Source: Rhodospirillaceae bacterium
GTDB taxonomy: Bacteria > Pseudomonadota > Alphaproteobacteria > Rhodospirillales > Rhodospirillaceae
Assembly (NCBI GenBank): GCA_041686745.1
Contig: JAWLDH010000010.1
Coordinates: forward strand, 94,239 to 126,238
DNA length: 32,000 bases
Reading direction: 5' to 3'
This document shows, piece by piece, positions 6,201-14,104 of this stretch (the first letter of the stretch is position 1; each line of letters begins with the position of its first letter). The translations under genes and the position numbers were made by a program. The notes beneath the pieces were generated by a model. It saw only the letters and a list, made by a program, of their open reading frames with translations. It ran no database searches and was not told the origin of the DNA.

Positions 6201-8559
6201 CGGACACCATGCTGTTCACGATCCATGTCGATCCCGCGTCCGACGTCTGCGGCAGGCTCAGCGCCAGGGCGATGACCGGATCCGTCTGGGGAATGCCGAG
6301 ATGCTCCGGGTCCAGGGGGTAGATGATCAGCAGCCCCTGGGTGGCGGGCCGGGCCGCGCGCATGGCCTCGGCGTCATAGGCGCCGCTGTCCCGCTTGTAG
6401 GCGGTGGGGCCGTGGGGCAGGTCCACGCCCTCATGTGCCGGGTCGGTCAGGATGCCGATGCTCTCGCTGCTGATCCGCTTGCGGCGGACCAGCCCCACTT
6501 GCCGACCGCCGAGGGCAACCGGCCGTCCACTTTCGGGTGACGCCACGAAGATGGACCAGTCGGTGAGTTCGTCAACCGCGGCCCGCCCCATGATCCAGTC
6601 GGCAAGACGGTCACTGCGGAAGGCGACGATGTCATCGTGGATCCGGTAGGCGCGCAGGAAGGCCGCGACGGCCTCGGGGGCGACGTCACGGGCCAAAAGG
6701 CCGCCATGGCACCGGACCATTGGGGAAGCCTCCGCGATGAACCTGTCGGCCAACGTGACGTTGGCGCGGAGAGCCTCCCTGTCCGACAAAGGCAGCAGAA
6801 CCGTCTGGGGATGTTCGCCCGACCAGGAATCCTGCTGCGGCTCGGCCGTGCCGGACTTGTTGCGGGCCGTCAGCAGGAGATCGCCATGCGCGCGGATCCG
6901 AATGGCCATCTGATCCGGTCTTCGCCCAGCCCGCCCCAGGGCGACGATGGAGTCCCGCAACGACTGCTCCACGAGGGCCAGTTCGGAGAACCAGCGCGCG
7001 ATGCCGTCGGTGGTCCAGATGCGGATCAGGTCCTCGTAGCCATGGCGGAAGCCGTACCATCGGGCCATCTGCAACAGCGTGTCGCACATCGATGCCGTGC
7101 GCAGGAAATAGGAGACCGTCAGCCCCTCAAGGGTGAGGCCGCGCGACAACCGATTGCCTCCCACCGCCACGATATGCCGTCCGGGCTTCTCGTCGTACTC
7201 CAGGTTCTCGCCGGTGACGCTGTTGAGTTCCAGAACGACGATCTGACGAAGGACGGCGGTGGCCGCGGACAGGACGGCCTCATCGTCGGCGGGGGCGTCG
7301 ATGCCGGACTTCATGTTCTCCCAGACGGGGCCAAAAACCAGATCCAGGTCCTGCCCCTGCCGTTCGGCCTCGCGCCACAGGTCCAACTGGCTGCGGATGG
7401 TGCTGGCGATGCGGTCCTGGTCCGCTGTCCTCGGGCTGACGTGGACGAGCATGGTGTGGGCCTTGCCGGTGAAGCCGGGCCGGAGCGTCCGGATGCCGCC
7501 CGCAAGGCTGAATGAGATGAGCGCGTCGGCCAACGACCCCGGCAGGGCGTTGGTGTCGCGGCCAATGACGATCTCCGCCTTCTTGCGCCGCCTGGGCGCC
7601 CGCAGTGCCTTCACGTCATCGTCAGGCACCGTTTGCAGGACATCACGGCCCTGGGCGCTGACGCCGAACAGCTCCTCGGTTCCGGTGTAGCCCCTGGGGC
7701 GGGGCAACTGGATGACGAAGTCCTTGGGGAAGAGATCGACACCGACGCGGCGGTCAACGGCGTCCGGGTTTATCAGGATGTTGGCGAAAGGCGTCGCCGT
7801 GTAGGCGATGTAGGCGGCCTTCCTTGTCCGGTTCAGGATGGAGCGGATGAGGGCGTTGGTCTTGGAGGGCGCCAGGTTCTCGTCGTCGGCTTCATCGTCC
7901 CCAACCGCAGGATCCGGTGGCCTGTTGCCCTTTGTGTTGATGGACGCCTGGTCGGCCTCGTCGTCGATGACCAGAACCGGCATGTCCTCCAGATAGCGTT
8001 CAGCGGATTTCAGCCAGCGGTCCAGCTTCCGCAGGACGGGGACGTTCTTTTTCACCACCGCGAGAAAAGGCGCCGGCGATTGGAGGATGCGGACGTCCTG
8101 CTCCTTGAAATCGTCCGTCGGCGTCGTCAGCGAGACCCACTCCCGACCCCGTTCCGCCTGAGGCAGTCCTCCGTCCTGGTGGCCGGTCAGTTCCCGCTCC
8201 AGACGGTTCTGGGTTTGACTGCGCAGGGAATCGTGGATGCCCGACAACACGATGACGATACGGTAGCCCGCATCAACGGCACGCGCGGCCACGGCGGTGT
8301 AGTTGGCGGTCTTGCCGCTTTGCACGTAGCCGACAACAAGACCGCGGCCCTGGAAGTCGGTGTTCCGCAACGGGTCGTTCAAGTGGCGCAGGACACGGAG
8401 CGATTCCGCAGCCACCGAGTCCACCTGTTGCGGTTCCCACTTGGGGTCGGCGCGCAGCAAAGCCTCAAGGCGGCTCCAGTGGTACCAGGAGCCTGCCGAC
8501 AGAGTGTCGGTCCAACTCGGCCTCGGCGGCACCGCGCCGACGATGCGAACCGTCGGCAT
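6193..8559 (-). CDS. Z1 domain-containing ATPase (helicase-like P-loop protein)
   Basis: Walker A GLVVGYVQSGKTANYTAV and DEAD-like Walker B VLVIDDEADQASINT. The C-terminal ...GGNRLSRGLTLEGLTVSYFLR...DTLLQMARWYGFRHGY is typical of Z1 proteins. The ATG at 8559 shares an ATGA overlap with the upstream stop. Confidence 0.85.
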   Translation of the reverse strand: MPTVRIVGAVPPRPSWTDTLSAGSWYHWSRLEALLRADPKWEPQQVDSVAAESLRVLRHLNDPLRNTDFQGRGLVVGYVQSGKTANYTAVAARAVDAGYRIVIVLSGIHDSLRSQTQNRLERELTGHQDGGLPQAERGREWVSLTTPTDDFKEQDVRILQSPAPFLAVVKKNVPVLRKLDRWLKSAERYLEDMPVLVIDDEADQASINTKGNRPPDPAVGDDEADDENLAPSKTNALIRSILNRTRKAAYIAYTATPFANILINPDAVDRRVGVDLFPKDFVIQLPRPRGYTGTEELFGVSAQGRDVLQTVPDDDVKALRAPRRRKKAEIVIGRDTNALPGSLADALISFSLAGGIRTLRPGFTGKAHTMLVHVSPRTADQDRIASTIRSQLDLWREAERQGQDLDLVFGPVWENMKSGIDAPADDEAVLSAATAVLRQIVVLELNSVTGENLEYDEKPGRHIVAVGGNRLSRGLTLEGLTVSYFLRTASMCDTLLQMARWYGFRHGYEDLIRIWTTDGIARWFSELALVEQSLRDSIVALGRAGRRPDQMAIRIRAHGDLLLTARNKSGTAEPQQDSWSGEHPQTVLLPLSDREALRANVTLADRFIAEASPMVRCHGGLLARDVAPEAVAAFLRAYRIHDDIVAFRSDRLADWIMGRAAVDELTDWSIFVASPESGRPVALGGRQVGLVRRKRISSESIGILTDPAHEGVDLPHGPTAYKRDSGAYDAEAMRAARPATQGLLIIYPLDPEHLGIPQTDPVIALALSLPQTSDAGSTWIVNSMVSDG

Positions 8560-10559
8560 CAGGCGCCCTTCTTGGCCATGAGGTGTTTCTGAACACCCGC
8601 TTCATCCAGGCCGCCGAGGAAAGCCGCCAGATGTGCGATGGCGTGGGGGTCGGCGCGGAGATGGTTCACCAGCGCGGACAGGCTCGGGTTCACGTCGCTG
8701 ACCTGGACACCGAGCGCCCCGGTCATCCCGGTTGTGACCTTCCACACGAACTTGTCGGTCTTGACGTCCTTGACGGTGACGTTGGGTGCTGGACCGGACG
8801 GCGCAGGCGGTGTTGGAATGGGTGCGGAGCCATTGCCGCCCCCTCCTGCGGGCGGACCGCCCGTCGTAACACCGCCGCCAAAAGGCGCGGGCGCGGTTGG
8901 CGGGGCCTGCTGCGCCTCCTTCCGATACTTCTTCTGGCTGTCCTTGCGGGCGACGTCGGCGATCTTCTTGATTTCGGCCTGGAGCTGCTGGGGGAGCTGG
9001 ACGAGTTGCTTGCTGACGTTGAGCTTGAGCACATCGTCCAGAACGCTGTCGAAGTCGACGATCACCCTGGCGAGCTTGGTCTTTTCGTCGTTCGTATCCC
9101 ACATCTGGTGCCAGCCGCCCCACGTGATGAGGCGGTCATGGCGGTAGATGAAAAGCCCCTGGGTCTCGTTCCGCTTGCCGTGCAGGCCGATCAGGTCGAG
9201 TGCCCGGCGGATCGCCTCAGGCCCCTCGGCCTTATGATGGGCGTTGATCTCATCCTCGGTCGGAAGCAGGTACGCCTGCACCAGAACCTTGCCGTCCTCG
9301 GTTTCGGTCGGAATGCGGATGGTCTTCGCGTCGTAGGCGGCGGCCAGCGGGTGGCCGAACGGGTTGTTGGGCTGGATGGGATTGCCGTTGATGGAGATGG
9401 TGACGGGCTTGCGGCCCTGGGCCTTACCCTCAAGGAAACGGTGGAACACCAGCGCGAGGTGGCGCTCCAGCACCATGATTTCCGAAGAGTGCGGGTCCAG
9501 CCCGCGCGATGTCGGCATCGTCTGCGGCGGGCGCATGTTCTTCCACAGCACGACTGTGCCGTGGCGGTCCAGGGCCGTCGCCTCCTGCTCCCATGGCTCC
9601 AGGGGATCGCCCTTTGCAATCCACCCGTCCATGTCATCGACATCCCAGGAAAGGTGGTGCGCGGGAGCCCCGTCACGCTTGGTCACAACCGTGAAGACCT
9701 TGGCCTGGGACCACGAGGCGCCCTTGAGTCCGTAGCCGTATTTCCCGAGGCTGTTCCCGGCGTAGTCGGACTCGCTGCCAATCCGCATGGCCTCGGCCAG
9801 CTTGGCTTGGTCCATACCGGTTCCATTGTCGGCAATGCTCATCCACCGGCCGTGGCCGCCATCGGGCCGCCCGAAGGTGATCGCGATATGGGTGGCATCC
9901 ACGCTGATGGCGTTGTCCACCAGATCGGCGACGGCCGAAGGAAGCGAGTGTCCAACCGAGGAAAGGATCTTTACCAGACGCGAGGGGTGGGGCGCGAGTT
10001 CAACGCCGCTGGATCCCGCCGGGGCAACGGCCGGGGCGGTCGTGCTGCCGGCCGGAGGTGCCTTGAAAAGGTCAGGTCGCGCCTCGTTCAAAGTCTGCCT
10101 ACTCCGCCTGCCTTCGTTATCATAGAGCGCGATCATGGCCGACTTCGCCAGCTTGCTGCTTTCGCCGTCGGTCAGGATTGCGGTGGTAACCGGGTGGTCC
10201 GCAGGGAAAACCGCCCAGGCACCGGAGGCCGGGCTTGTTCCGGCATCGATCTCCATGGCGAAGAGGCAGCCGGGATCAACGAAATTGTAGTATTTGTCCT
10301 TTGGGCAGTTGCCCTCCAGGCGCCAGTTCTTCTCCTGGCGTTTCAGCCACTGGTGCGCCGTGCTCACACCGCTGTCGGTGTCATACGTCAGCTCCATCTC
10401 GACCAGATCTGAATCCTTGGCCGCAGGGAAAACACGGTCGACCACGTCCCAGTCGAAATTCAGCGCCCGTTGCTTGGAGCCTTCCTTGCCCTGGCGGCGG
10501 TACTCGTGGAACATCCCGAGCTCGCTGTGGGTAAGGATGCGCAGGATCAGGAAACGCAT
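8559..10559 (-). CDS. GHKL-type (HATPase_c_3-like) ATP-binding protein with extra N- and C-terminal domains
   Basis: Bergerat-fold motifs AVADLVDNAISVDA (N box) and SIADNGTGMD (G1 box). I prefer the start at ATG 10559 (MRFLILRIL), which has a GGGGGAGTGG RBS, over 10643. That start overlaps the dcm 3-prime end by 13 nt. A Pro/Gly-rich linker lies near the C-terminus. Confidence 0.85.
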   Translation of the reverse strand: MRFLILRILTHSELGMFHEYRRQGKEGSKQRALNFDWDVVDRVFPAAKDSDLVEMELTYDTDSGVSTAHQWLKRQEKNWRLEGNCPKDKYYNFVDPGCLFAMEIDAGTSPASGAWAVFPADHPVTTAILTDGESSKLAKSAMIALYDNEGRRSRQTLNEARPDLFKAPPAGSTTAPAVAPAGSSGVELAPHPSRLVKILSSVGHSLPSAVADLVDNAISVDATHIAITFGRPDGGHGRWMSIADNGTGMDQAKLAEAMRIGSESDYAGNSLGKYGYGLKGASWSQAKVFTVVTKRDGAPAHHLSWDVDDMDGWIAKGDPLEPWEQEATALDRHGTVVLWKNMRPPQTMPTSRGLDPHSSEIMVLERHLALVFHRFLEGKAQGRKPVTISINGNPIQPNNPFGHPLAAAYDAKTIRIPTETEDGKVLVQAYLLPTEDEINAHHKAEGPEAIRRALDLIGLHGKRNETQGLFIYRHDRLITWGGWHQMWDTNDEKTKLARVIVDFDSVLDDVLKLNVSKQLVQLPQQLQAEIKKIADVARKDSQKKYRKEAQQAPPTAPAPFGGGVTTGGPPAGGGGNGSAPIPTPPAPSGPAPNVTVKDVKTDKFVWKVTTGMTGALGVQVSDVNPSLSALVNHLRADPHAIAHLAAFLGGLDEAGVQKHLMAKKGA

Positions 10560-12142
10560 ATTTTTCCACTCCCCCCCGTGGTCGTCGTCAACTGTTTGTC
10601 GAGGCCCAGCAGGTCGCTGCGCATGTCCGGTATCGACCGGCAACCGATCATCGACCGCATTGCCATGGCGATGGCGTAAGCGACAAGCGGCGGCACGGCG
10701 TTGCCGATTTGCTTGAACGCGGGATTCATGCTCCCGCGCAGCACAAAGCCATCGGGAAACGATTGCAACCGCGCGGCCTCGCGCACCGAGATAGTTCGCG
10801 CCTGTTCACTATCATAGTGGATGTGGCTGTACGAATCTTTCCCGAGATGCGCCATCAGCGTCCGCACCGGCTTGTCCCGGTGGAGCTTCCACCACTTGTT
10901 CGGAAATTTCTCCGGGTCGTAGGGCAGCGTCCATTCCTTGATGAACGCCAGCGTCTCGGCGCTGTCGGCGGCCTTGTCCTCCCCCGACTGCCATCGCTTG
11001 TTCATCATCTGCTGGCGCTTCGCCTCGATGAAGTGCCAGACCGCCGGGTACTGCCAGCCTTCTTCCATCAGGCGGAAAATCTTGTAGTCGCGGGGAAGGT
11101 AGCGGATGACGTGGCCGGTGCTGTGGTCGGTGGTGCCGAACTGTGGCCACTGCCGCATCAGCCTGGACCAGGCGGTTGTCGGAATGGGGGAGGTGTAGCC
11201 CACCGGTTCGGCCGGGTCCTTGCGGCCACGGCGGATTTGCCCTTGCTTCAGCAGGTCCAGGGCGAAGATCGGGGGCAGGTCGGCGAGCGCTTCGCCGGCC
11301 GTGGTGGTTGGCGGCAGGGCGTCATCCTCGGAGGGGTCGCTCATCCAGAAGTGGCCGTGCTCGACCTCCCGGCCGTGCTTGCCGGCTTGCGGAACCAGCT
11401 TTCTGGCTGTTGCCCGGGTTCCCGTGTACCCGGCGGGAAGCCGCGAGAAGTGGGTCGGGGACGGGAAGATCACGTCCTCGTCCAGATCCTCGTGGACCCC
11501 GATCAGGAACATGCGCTCCCGCGTCTGGGGAACGCCGAACCACGAGGCGTTCAGCAGGGTGTAGCGGACCCTGTAGCCCTCCTCCCGGAGATGCTCGGAC
11601 ACGGTTTCGGCGACATTCTTGCCGCCGTGATTCAGGATGTCGGGGACGTTCTCCATCAGAAGCGCGAGGGGCTTGGTCTCGCGCACATAATGCAGATAGC
11701 GCTGCCAGAGGTTCACACGGCCGTCCACCAGGAACGCGATGTCGGCGTCGTCCTCGTCGCGGCGGTGGGCCTCGTGGCGCAGCTTCGCGCGGCCGACACG
11801 GGCAAACGCCTGGCACGGCGGGCCGCCCACCAGGACATCCACCTGTTCGTCCACAGGCCCCGTGAGACCCAGGTCGCGGAAAATGGAGGCGGGGTCCTCG
11901 GCGGTAATGTCACGGGCCTTGTAATGAGCCTGCCGGTTCTTTCCGTGGCTGATCGTCGCGAAGTTCGCGCCATGGGAGTCCGCCGCCCACGGGTCGAGTT
12001 CAACCGAGGCGACAAGTTCAAACCCGGCCGTGGCAAACCCAAGGGAAATGCCGCCGCACCCGGCGAACACGTCCATGAACCTCGGAGGATGATTGTCTTT
12101 CAGCCGGGCCATTTTCCGGCGGAGCGCTACTGACGCGGCCAT
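10547..12142 (-). CDS. dcm: DNA (cytosine-5)-methyltransferase
   Basis: Motif I FMDVFAGCGGISLGF, motif IV LVGGPPCQAFA, motif VI LLMENVPDIL, and motifs IX/X RLQSFPDGF...FKQIGNAVPPLVA. Confidence 0.95.
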   Translation of the reverse strand: MAASVALRRKMARLKDNHPPRFMDVFAGCGGISLGFATAGFELVASVELDPWAADSHGANFATISHGKNRQAHYKARDITAEDPASIFRDLGLTGPVDEQVDVLVGGPPCQAFARVGRAKLRHEAHRRDEDDADIAFLVDGRVNLWQRYLHYVRETKPLALLMENVPDILNHGGKNVAETVSEHLREEGYRVRYTLLNASWFGVPQTRERMFLIGVHEDLDEDVIFPSPTHFSRLPAGYTGTRATARKLVPQAGKHGREVEHGHFWMSDPSEDDALPPTTTAGEALADLPPIFALDLLKQGQIRRGRKDPAEPVGYTSPIPTTAWSRLMRQWPQFGTTDHSTGHVIRYLPRDYKIFRLMEEGWQYPAVWHFIEAKRQQMMNKRWQSGEDKAADSAETLAFIKEWTLPYDPEKFPNKWWKLHRDKPVRTLMAHLGKDSYSHIHYDSEQARTISVREAARLQSFPDGFVLRGSMNPAFKQIGNAVPPLVAYAIAMAMRSMIGCRSIPDMRSDLLGLDKQLTTTTGGSGKICVS

Positions 12143-12287
12143 TCACACATTATCTTGTCATCCAGGGACATCGCGTGGCGCCAATGGGCCCCCGCCTTAC
12201 GGTCCGTAAGGGTAATGCGCCGATCCAATGGACGCAAGCGGAGGGCTTCGCCTCTTCAGCTTGCGATGAAGTGCATCAATGCGGCCT

Positions 12288-12947
12288 TCATCGAAACAGC
12301 GTCACCCCTCGGCTGTCCCTCATGCGGAACACGATGTCGTGGAAGGCCTTGTTGATTTCCTGGTTCCATAAGCGGCGCAGGAAGTCGGCTGCGCCGGGCG
12401 GGGCGGTGGGTTCGTTCCCGAATTCCCCGCGTGGCAGCAGCACCTCCTTGCCAAGCGGGTCGAAGTAGGACCACACCCGGCGCCACTCGACGTTGCCCTC
12501 CTGGCGTTCCATGACGTAGGCGGCCGGAACCACTTCCTTGGACGTCACCTTACCGTGGCGGGTGGCGGCGCGGATGGTTTCGCCGATGATGACCCGGTAG
12601 GTGCGGTCGGCGAAGGGAACCTCCTTTGCCGCACCGAAGACCTCGAAGAAGCCTTGCTCGGAGGCGTCGCGGTGGTAGTACATGCGGAAATCGGTATCCA
12701 TCAGCCGGCGGCGGTCCAAGCCGGCGCCGCAGGCTGCGCGGAACACCCACGGGTCGCTGAGCGGTCCAATGACGACCAGGGTGTGCAGGAAGCGGCCGGG
12801 GTCCTTGCGGCACTCCTCCAGCGCCATGCCGACCACACGGTGAGCGTCCTCGCGCACCCAGTCCCCCTGGGCCGCAAGGGCCGCCGTTGCCGGGGCGGTC
12901 AGCGTGACCGCCGCCAGCGCGATCACCAGCGCAAGTCCCTTCAGCAT
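12288..12947 (-). CDS. secreted hypothetical protein (219 aa)
   Basis: The real gene is the C-terminal part of track ORF 12288-13535. ATG 12947 has a GGGGGAA RBS, followed by the signal peptide MLKGLALVIALAAVTLTAPATAALAAQG. No family recognised. Confidence 0.6.
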   Translation of the reverse strand: MLKGLALVIALAAVTLTAPATAALAAQGDWVREDAHRVVGMALEECRKDPGRFLHTLVVIGPLSDPWVFRAACGAGLDRRRLMDTDFRMYYHRDASEQGFFEVFGAAKEVPFADRTYRVIIGETIRAATRHGKVTSKEVVPAAYVMERQEGNVEWRRVWSYFDPLGKEVLLPRGEFGNEPTAPPGAADFLRRLWNQEINKAFHDIVFRMRDSRGVTLFR

Positions 12948-13471
12948 TGTTTCCCCCTGTGTTGGTCCCGCCGCCGCATCCAAGCATCCTTCAGCGCCAG
13001 CCGGTGGGCAAGGGCGGGATGCTCCAGCACTGTTTGCATCAGGTCTCCATTCCGGCCCAACAGCATGTCCCCCTGCTCGACAATCAGCCGGTTCGGGGCG
13101 GCCTTGGGGCACAACTCGTGCAGACGCGCCACCGCTTCGCCTTCGGCGCCCATGCCGTACCAGTCGGCCAGGATCACCAGGGCCAATGCCGGGGAGCGCG
13201 AAACTCCTTTGGCGCAGTGGATAAGCAGGTCGCCGGCGATCCAGGCGCGGGCAAAGTCGATGGCCCGCCGGATGTCGCCGGGCTGGGGCGGGACGAACCC
13301 CTCCATCGGGACCTCGATATCGTCGAACACAAGGACCAGACGCCCCTGGCCGGGCGGCCCCGGCGGCAGCGGAGGGTTGGCATCGCCACTGCCGATGACG
13401 CTGATGACGGCGTCGAAATGGGAGGCGATTTCCCGCGCCGTCGGGGCCGATACGACAATCGGGCCTTTCAT
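12941..13471 (-). CDS. protein tyrosine / dual-specificity phosphatase-like protein (CX5R)
   Basis: LLIHCAKGVSRSPALALV contains the HCX5R(S) P-loop signature. I prefer the start at ATG 13471 (MKGPIVV), which has a GGAGGG RBS. It overlaps the downstream gene by 7 nt. Confidence 0.7.
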   Translation of the reverse strand: MKGPIVVSAPTAREIASHFDAVISVIGSGDANPPLPPGPPGQGRLVLVFDDIEVPMEGFVPPQPGDIRRAIDFARAWIAGDLLIHCAKGVSRSPALALVILADWYGMGAEGEAVARLHELCPKAAPNRLIVEQGDMLLGRNGDLMQTVLEHPALAHRLALKDAWMRRRDQHRGKQC

Positions 13472-13624
13472 GGCGCCCTCCGTCCGCTGAACACCTTGGG
13501 TCATTCTCTCCAGTGGCCCGCGGCAGCGCCATCAAATCAACGGCTACGCTTTAATGCGTTTGACGGTAGTGCTCCGGGTTGTGCTGCGTATACTGATAAT
13601 CGGGTAATCTTAGGGGGGCCGGGC

Positions 13625-14104
13625 ATGGTCGCGCGCAGGGGCGCTGAATTCGCCGCTTTGATTCATCAACTGCTGGTCCTGGACAAGGTGCGGAGCGTCG
13701 AGGACGTCGCCCGCGACATGGGCATGGAGTACCACACGCTCTACGCCCGCGTCGGGCGGGACACGCCATTCTCCGCCGAAGAGATCAAGGCGCTGATCCG
13801 CGTCGTGGGTGATATTCGGATCTTGAAGTATTTCACCGACGACAGCCCCTATGTCGTCGTCGAACGCTCCAGCCCCTGCGATGTCGCCGCGCACGACGAA
13901 CTGCACAAGGGACTGGTGGCCGAAGCCCACAACACGGTTTTTGAAGCCGCCGACCTTCTGGAAGCCATCGCCACCGCCCTGGCCGACAGGAAGATCGACC
14001 ACCGGGATGCGCTGCTCATCCGCCAGGAGGTGGACCACTGTGAGCGTGCCCTGGCGGCCATTCGCCGTCTGCTCGACCTCAAGGAAGGAAAGGTGCCGGC
14101 ATGA
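13625..14104 (+). CDS. HTH-containing regulator, phage CII (CP76)-like (159 aa)
   Basis: Only the last 159 codons of track ORF 12947-14104 look real. The HTH-like segment is VEDVARDMGMEYHTLYARVGRDTPFSAEEIKALI, followed by a helical C-terminus. The layout resembles P2/186-type CII proteins from memory. ATGA overlap with the next gene. Confidence 0.45.
   Translation: MVARRGAEFAALIHQLLVLDKVRSVEDVARDMGMEYHTLYARVGRDTPFSAEEIKALIRVVGDIRILKYFTDDSPYVVVERSSPCDVAAHDELHKGLVAEAHNTVFEAADLLEAIATALADRKIDHRDALLIRQEVDHCERALAAIRRLLDLKEGKVPA

Noticed and set aside
8583-10412. 609-aa plus-strand ORF
   Set aside because: It is antisense to the GHKL ATPase gene, which has clear Bergerat-fold motifs. Its composition is Arg/Gly/Ala/Val/Leu-rich with no motifs, as expected for a shadow ORF in high-GC DNA.
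10709-12133. 474-aa plus-strand ORF
   Set aside because: It is antisense to dcm, whose motifs I, IV, VI and X are unambiguous. This is a shadow ORF.
12288-13535. 415-aa minus-strand ORF taken as a single protein
   Set aside because: The N-terminal ~195 codons are Arg/Pro/Gly-rich and overlap, in another frame, the phosphatase gene with its CX5R motif. The credible gene starts at ATG 12947 with a signal peptide.
12947-14104. 385-aa plus-strand ORF taken as a single protein
   Set aside because: Its 5-prime two thirds are antisense to the phosphatase gene. The credible gene is the HTH protein that starts at ATG 13625.
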